From: an uncultured Sphingomonadaceae bacterium | GTDB taxonomy: Bacteria > Pseudomonadota > Alphaproteobacteria > Sphingomonadales > Sphingomonadaceae | DNA: 45,383 bases | Assembly: GCA_964252145.1 (NCBI GenBank) | Contig: CAXUMU010000003.1 | Coordinates: 1-45,383, forward strand | Reading direction: 5' to 3' | Shown: piece after piece, positions 43,795-45,383 of the stretch | Layout: each line of letters begins with the position of its first letter | Position numbering within the stretch: position 1 is the stretch's first letter | Translations under genes and position numbers: made by a program | The notes under the pieces: model-generated | What the model was told of the DNA's origin: nothing | The model's database searches: none | The model's input: the letters and a program-made list of their open reading frames with translations, nothing else

Positions 43795-45383
43795 ATGAAA
43801 CGAACGGCCCTCCTGCTCGCCTTCCTCGCCCCGCCCGCGCTGGCGGACCTGCCGCTCGTCCCGGCGCGCACGCTGGACTTCACGACCAGCGAGGCGACGT
43901 GGATGGCGCCCGACATCTCGCCGGACGGGCGCACGATCCTGTTCGACGTGCTGGGCGACATCTATGCGGTCGACGCGCAGCGAGGCGGCGAGGCGCGGCC
44001 GCTGCTGACCGGCACGGCCTATGAGGTGCAGCCGGTCTTCTCGCCCGACGGCAAGCGCATCGCGTTCGTCAGCGACCGGTTGGGCAGCACCAACCTGTGG
44101 GTCGCGAATGCGGACGGATCGGGCGCGCGGCAGGTATCGCACGACAGCAGCCTGACGATCTATTCCTCGCCCGCCTGGTCACCGGACGGCCGCTTCGTCT
44201 ACGCGTCGCGGATGGTGCATCCGGTGCTCGCGTTCGAGCTGTGGATGTACGATGCGGGCGGCGCGGGCGACGGCGTGCGGATCACCAATGCCAAGCCATC
44301 GGGCAACGAGGGCTTCGACGATCGCCAGAACGCGCTGGGCGCGGTCGCCTCGCCGGACGGGCGCTACCTCTATTTCGCGGTCAAGACCGGCACGACCTGG
44401 ACGGAGAAGGACCTGCCCAACTGGCAGATCGCGCGGCGCGACCTGAAGACGGCTGAGCAGGTGACGATCATCGATTCGCTGGGCGGGGCGATGCGGCCGG
44501 CGCTGTCGCACGACGGCAGGCGGCTCGCCTATGCCAGCCGCTGGGGCCAGCAGACCGGTCTCCGGCTGCGCGACCTCGACAGCGGCGAGGACAAGTGGAT
44601 CGCTTTCCCGATCGACCATGACGGGCAGGAGGGCGGCTATTATTCCGACCTGCTGCCGCGGATCGTCTTCGCACCGGACGACAAGTCGCTGGTGACGAGC
44701 GTCGGCGGCAAGCTCGTCCGGCTCGATCTCGCGGCCAACCGCTTCGCCGACATACCGTTCAGCGCGCATGTGCAGCTGGGGATGGGGCCGCAGACGCGCG
44801 TCGCGCAGCGCGACGAGACCGGCCCGGTGCATGTCCGCGTGGTGCAGGCGCCGCGCCAGTCGCCGGATGGGCGGCGGGTCGTGTTCTCGGCGCTCGGTAT
44901 GCTCTATGTGCAGGATCTGGCCGCCGGCTCGGTGCCGCGCGCGATTGCGGGCGCGCCGGCCTGGGCCTATCAGCCGAGCTGGTCGCCGGACGGCCGCAGC
45001 ATCGCCTTCGTCACCTGGCGCCCGCGCGAGGGCGGGGCGGTGTGGTCGATCGCGGCGGGGGGCGGCAAGGCGAGGCGGCGGACCACCGCGCCTGCCTTCT
45101 TCACCGAACCGGCCTGGTCGCCGGACGGCCGCATGATCGCGGCGCTCCGCGCGAGCAGCTACGACCGGACCCACGCTGCGAACGAGATCTCGCCCGACCG
45201 GCCGACCGACGTGGTGACGCTGCCGGCGGGCGGCGGTAAGCCGGCGCTCGTCACGCACACCGCCGCGGCGCGCTCGCTGGCGTGGGACGGCGCGGGCACG
45301 CGGCTGCGCTTCTATGCGCCGGACGGGCTGAACTCCGTCCGGCCGGACGGGTCCGACCTGAGACGCGAACTGGCGGTCGAAGC
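43795..45383 (+). CDS. Secreted PD40/TolB-like beta-propeller protein, 3'-partial (probably the N-terminal half of a large amidohydrolase-type protein)
   Basis: Not in the supplied ORF track because it has no stop inside the window. I translated it by hand from the ATG at 43795 and it stays open to 45383. Signal MKRTALLLAFLAPPALA. Repeated SPDG(R/K) PD40 motifs (ISPDGRTILF, FSPDGKRIAFVSDR, WSPDGRFVY, ASPDGRYLYF, SHDGRRLAY, QSPDGRRVVF, WSPDGRSIAFV, WSPDGRMIA). Confidence 0.8.
   Translation, partial: MKRTALLLAFLAPPALADLPLVPARTLDFTTSEATWMAPDISPDGRTILFDVLGDIYAVDAQRGGEARPLLTGTAYEVQPVFSPDGKRIAFVSDRLGSTNLWVANADGSGARQVSHDSSLTIYSSPAWSPDGRFVYASRMVHPVLAFELWMYDAGGAGDGVRITNAKPSGNEGFDDRQNALGAVASPDGRYLYFAVKTGTTWTEKDLPNWQIARRDLKTAEQVTIIDSLGGAMRPALSHDGRRLAYASRWGQQTGLRLRDLDSGEDKWIAFPIDHDGQEGGYYSDLLPRIVFAPDDKSLVTSVGGKLVRLDLAANRFADIPFSAHVQLGMGPQTRVAQRDETGPVHVRVVQAPRQSPDGRRVVFSALGMLYVQDLAAGSVPRAIAGAPAWAYQPSWSPDGRSIAFVTWRPREGGAVWSIAAGGGKARRRTTAPAFFTEPAWSPDGRMIAALRASSYDRTHAANEISPDRPTDVVTLPAGGGKPALVTHTAAARSLAWDGAGTRLRFYAPDGLNSVRPDGSDLRRELAVE

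Noticed and set aside
41242-44142. 966-aa ORF on the minus strand
   Set aside because: It lies antisense to the clearly recognisable TonB-dependent receptor and PD40 genes. Its composition is Arg/Ala/Gly-rich with no motifs, which is the typical high-GC shadow ORF.
1-45383. CRISPR arrays, rRNA genes, IS elements, integrases
   Set aside because: Reading both strands, I saw no regularly spaced direct repeats, no rRNA-like conserved blocks, and no transposase or integrase motifs (DDE, or the tyrosine-recombinase R..H..R..Y pattern).

Overview
High-GC chromosomal segment whose gene content and REP-like hairpins suggest an alphaproteobacterium of the sphingomonad type (inference only). I saw no rRNA, CRISPR array, transposase or integrase.

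Layout:
- 1-2.5 kb: MetE-like methyltransferase, a disordered SWFGD/DUF2171 protein and tRNA-Ala(CGC).
- 3-9 kb: an AraC regulator convergent with a five-gene minus-strand operon whose junctions all overlap by 4 nt. Gene order is SDR, GH130-like propeller, FMN alpha-hydroxy-acid oxidase, PoxB-like ThDP enzyme, sensory-rhodopsin-transducer homologue.
- 9.4-13.2 kb: a secreted, extremely Met/Lys-rich mini-protein followed by an AraC / cytochrome b / Mo-oxidoreductase / DUF1223 unit.
- 13.2-15.9 kb: a patchy low-GC islet carrying an orphan phage-type lysis cassette (M15 endolysin, holin, overlapping spanins).
- 15.9-24.4 kb: a visibly decaying aromatic-catabolism region with 5 frameshifts, 1 in-frame stop and several truncated gene fragments joined to one another. 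Fumarylacetoacetase, LigB, TetR and cytochrome b561 appear intact here.
- 24.4-34.4 kb: housekeeping block (alpha/beta hydrolase, ArsC-like, RidA, PanB, YfgM-like TPR, BamB, Der, TusA-like, Hpt, NUDIX, SnoaL-like, GMC oxidoreductase).
- 34.4-35.2 kb: low-GC islet with two small membrane proteins.
- 35.2-45.4 kb: hybrid GAF-PAS-GAF histidine kinase, PepSY-TM protein plus a small membrane ORF, MocR regulator, PaiB-like protein, TonB-dependent receptor, and a 3'-partial PD40/TolB-like secreted protein that is absent from the supplied ORF track.

The most interesting candidate is the Met-rich peptide next to the Mo-enzyme/cytochrome b/thioredoxin-like module, a possible periplasmic methionine-redox or metal-buffering system. 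All functional calls rest on motif recognition by eye; no searches were run.
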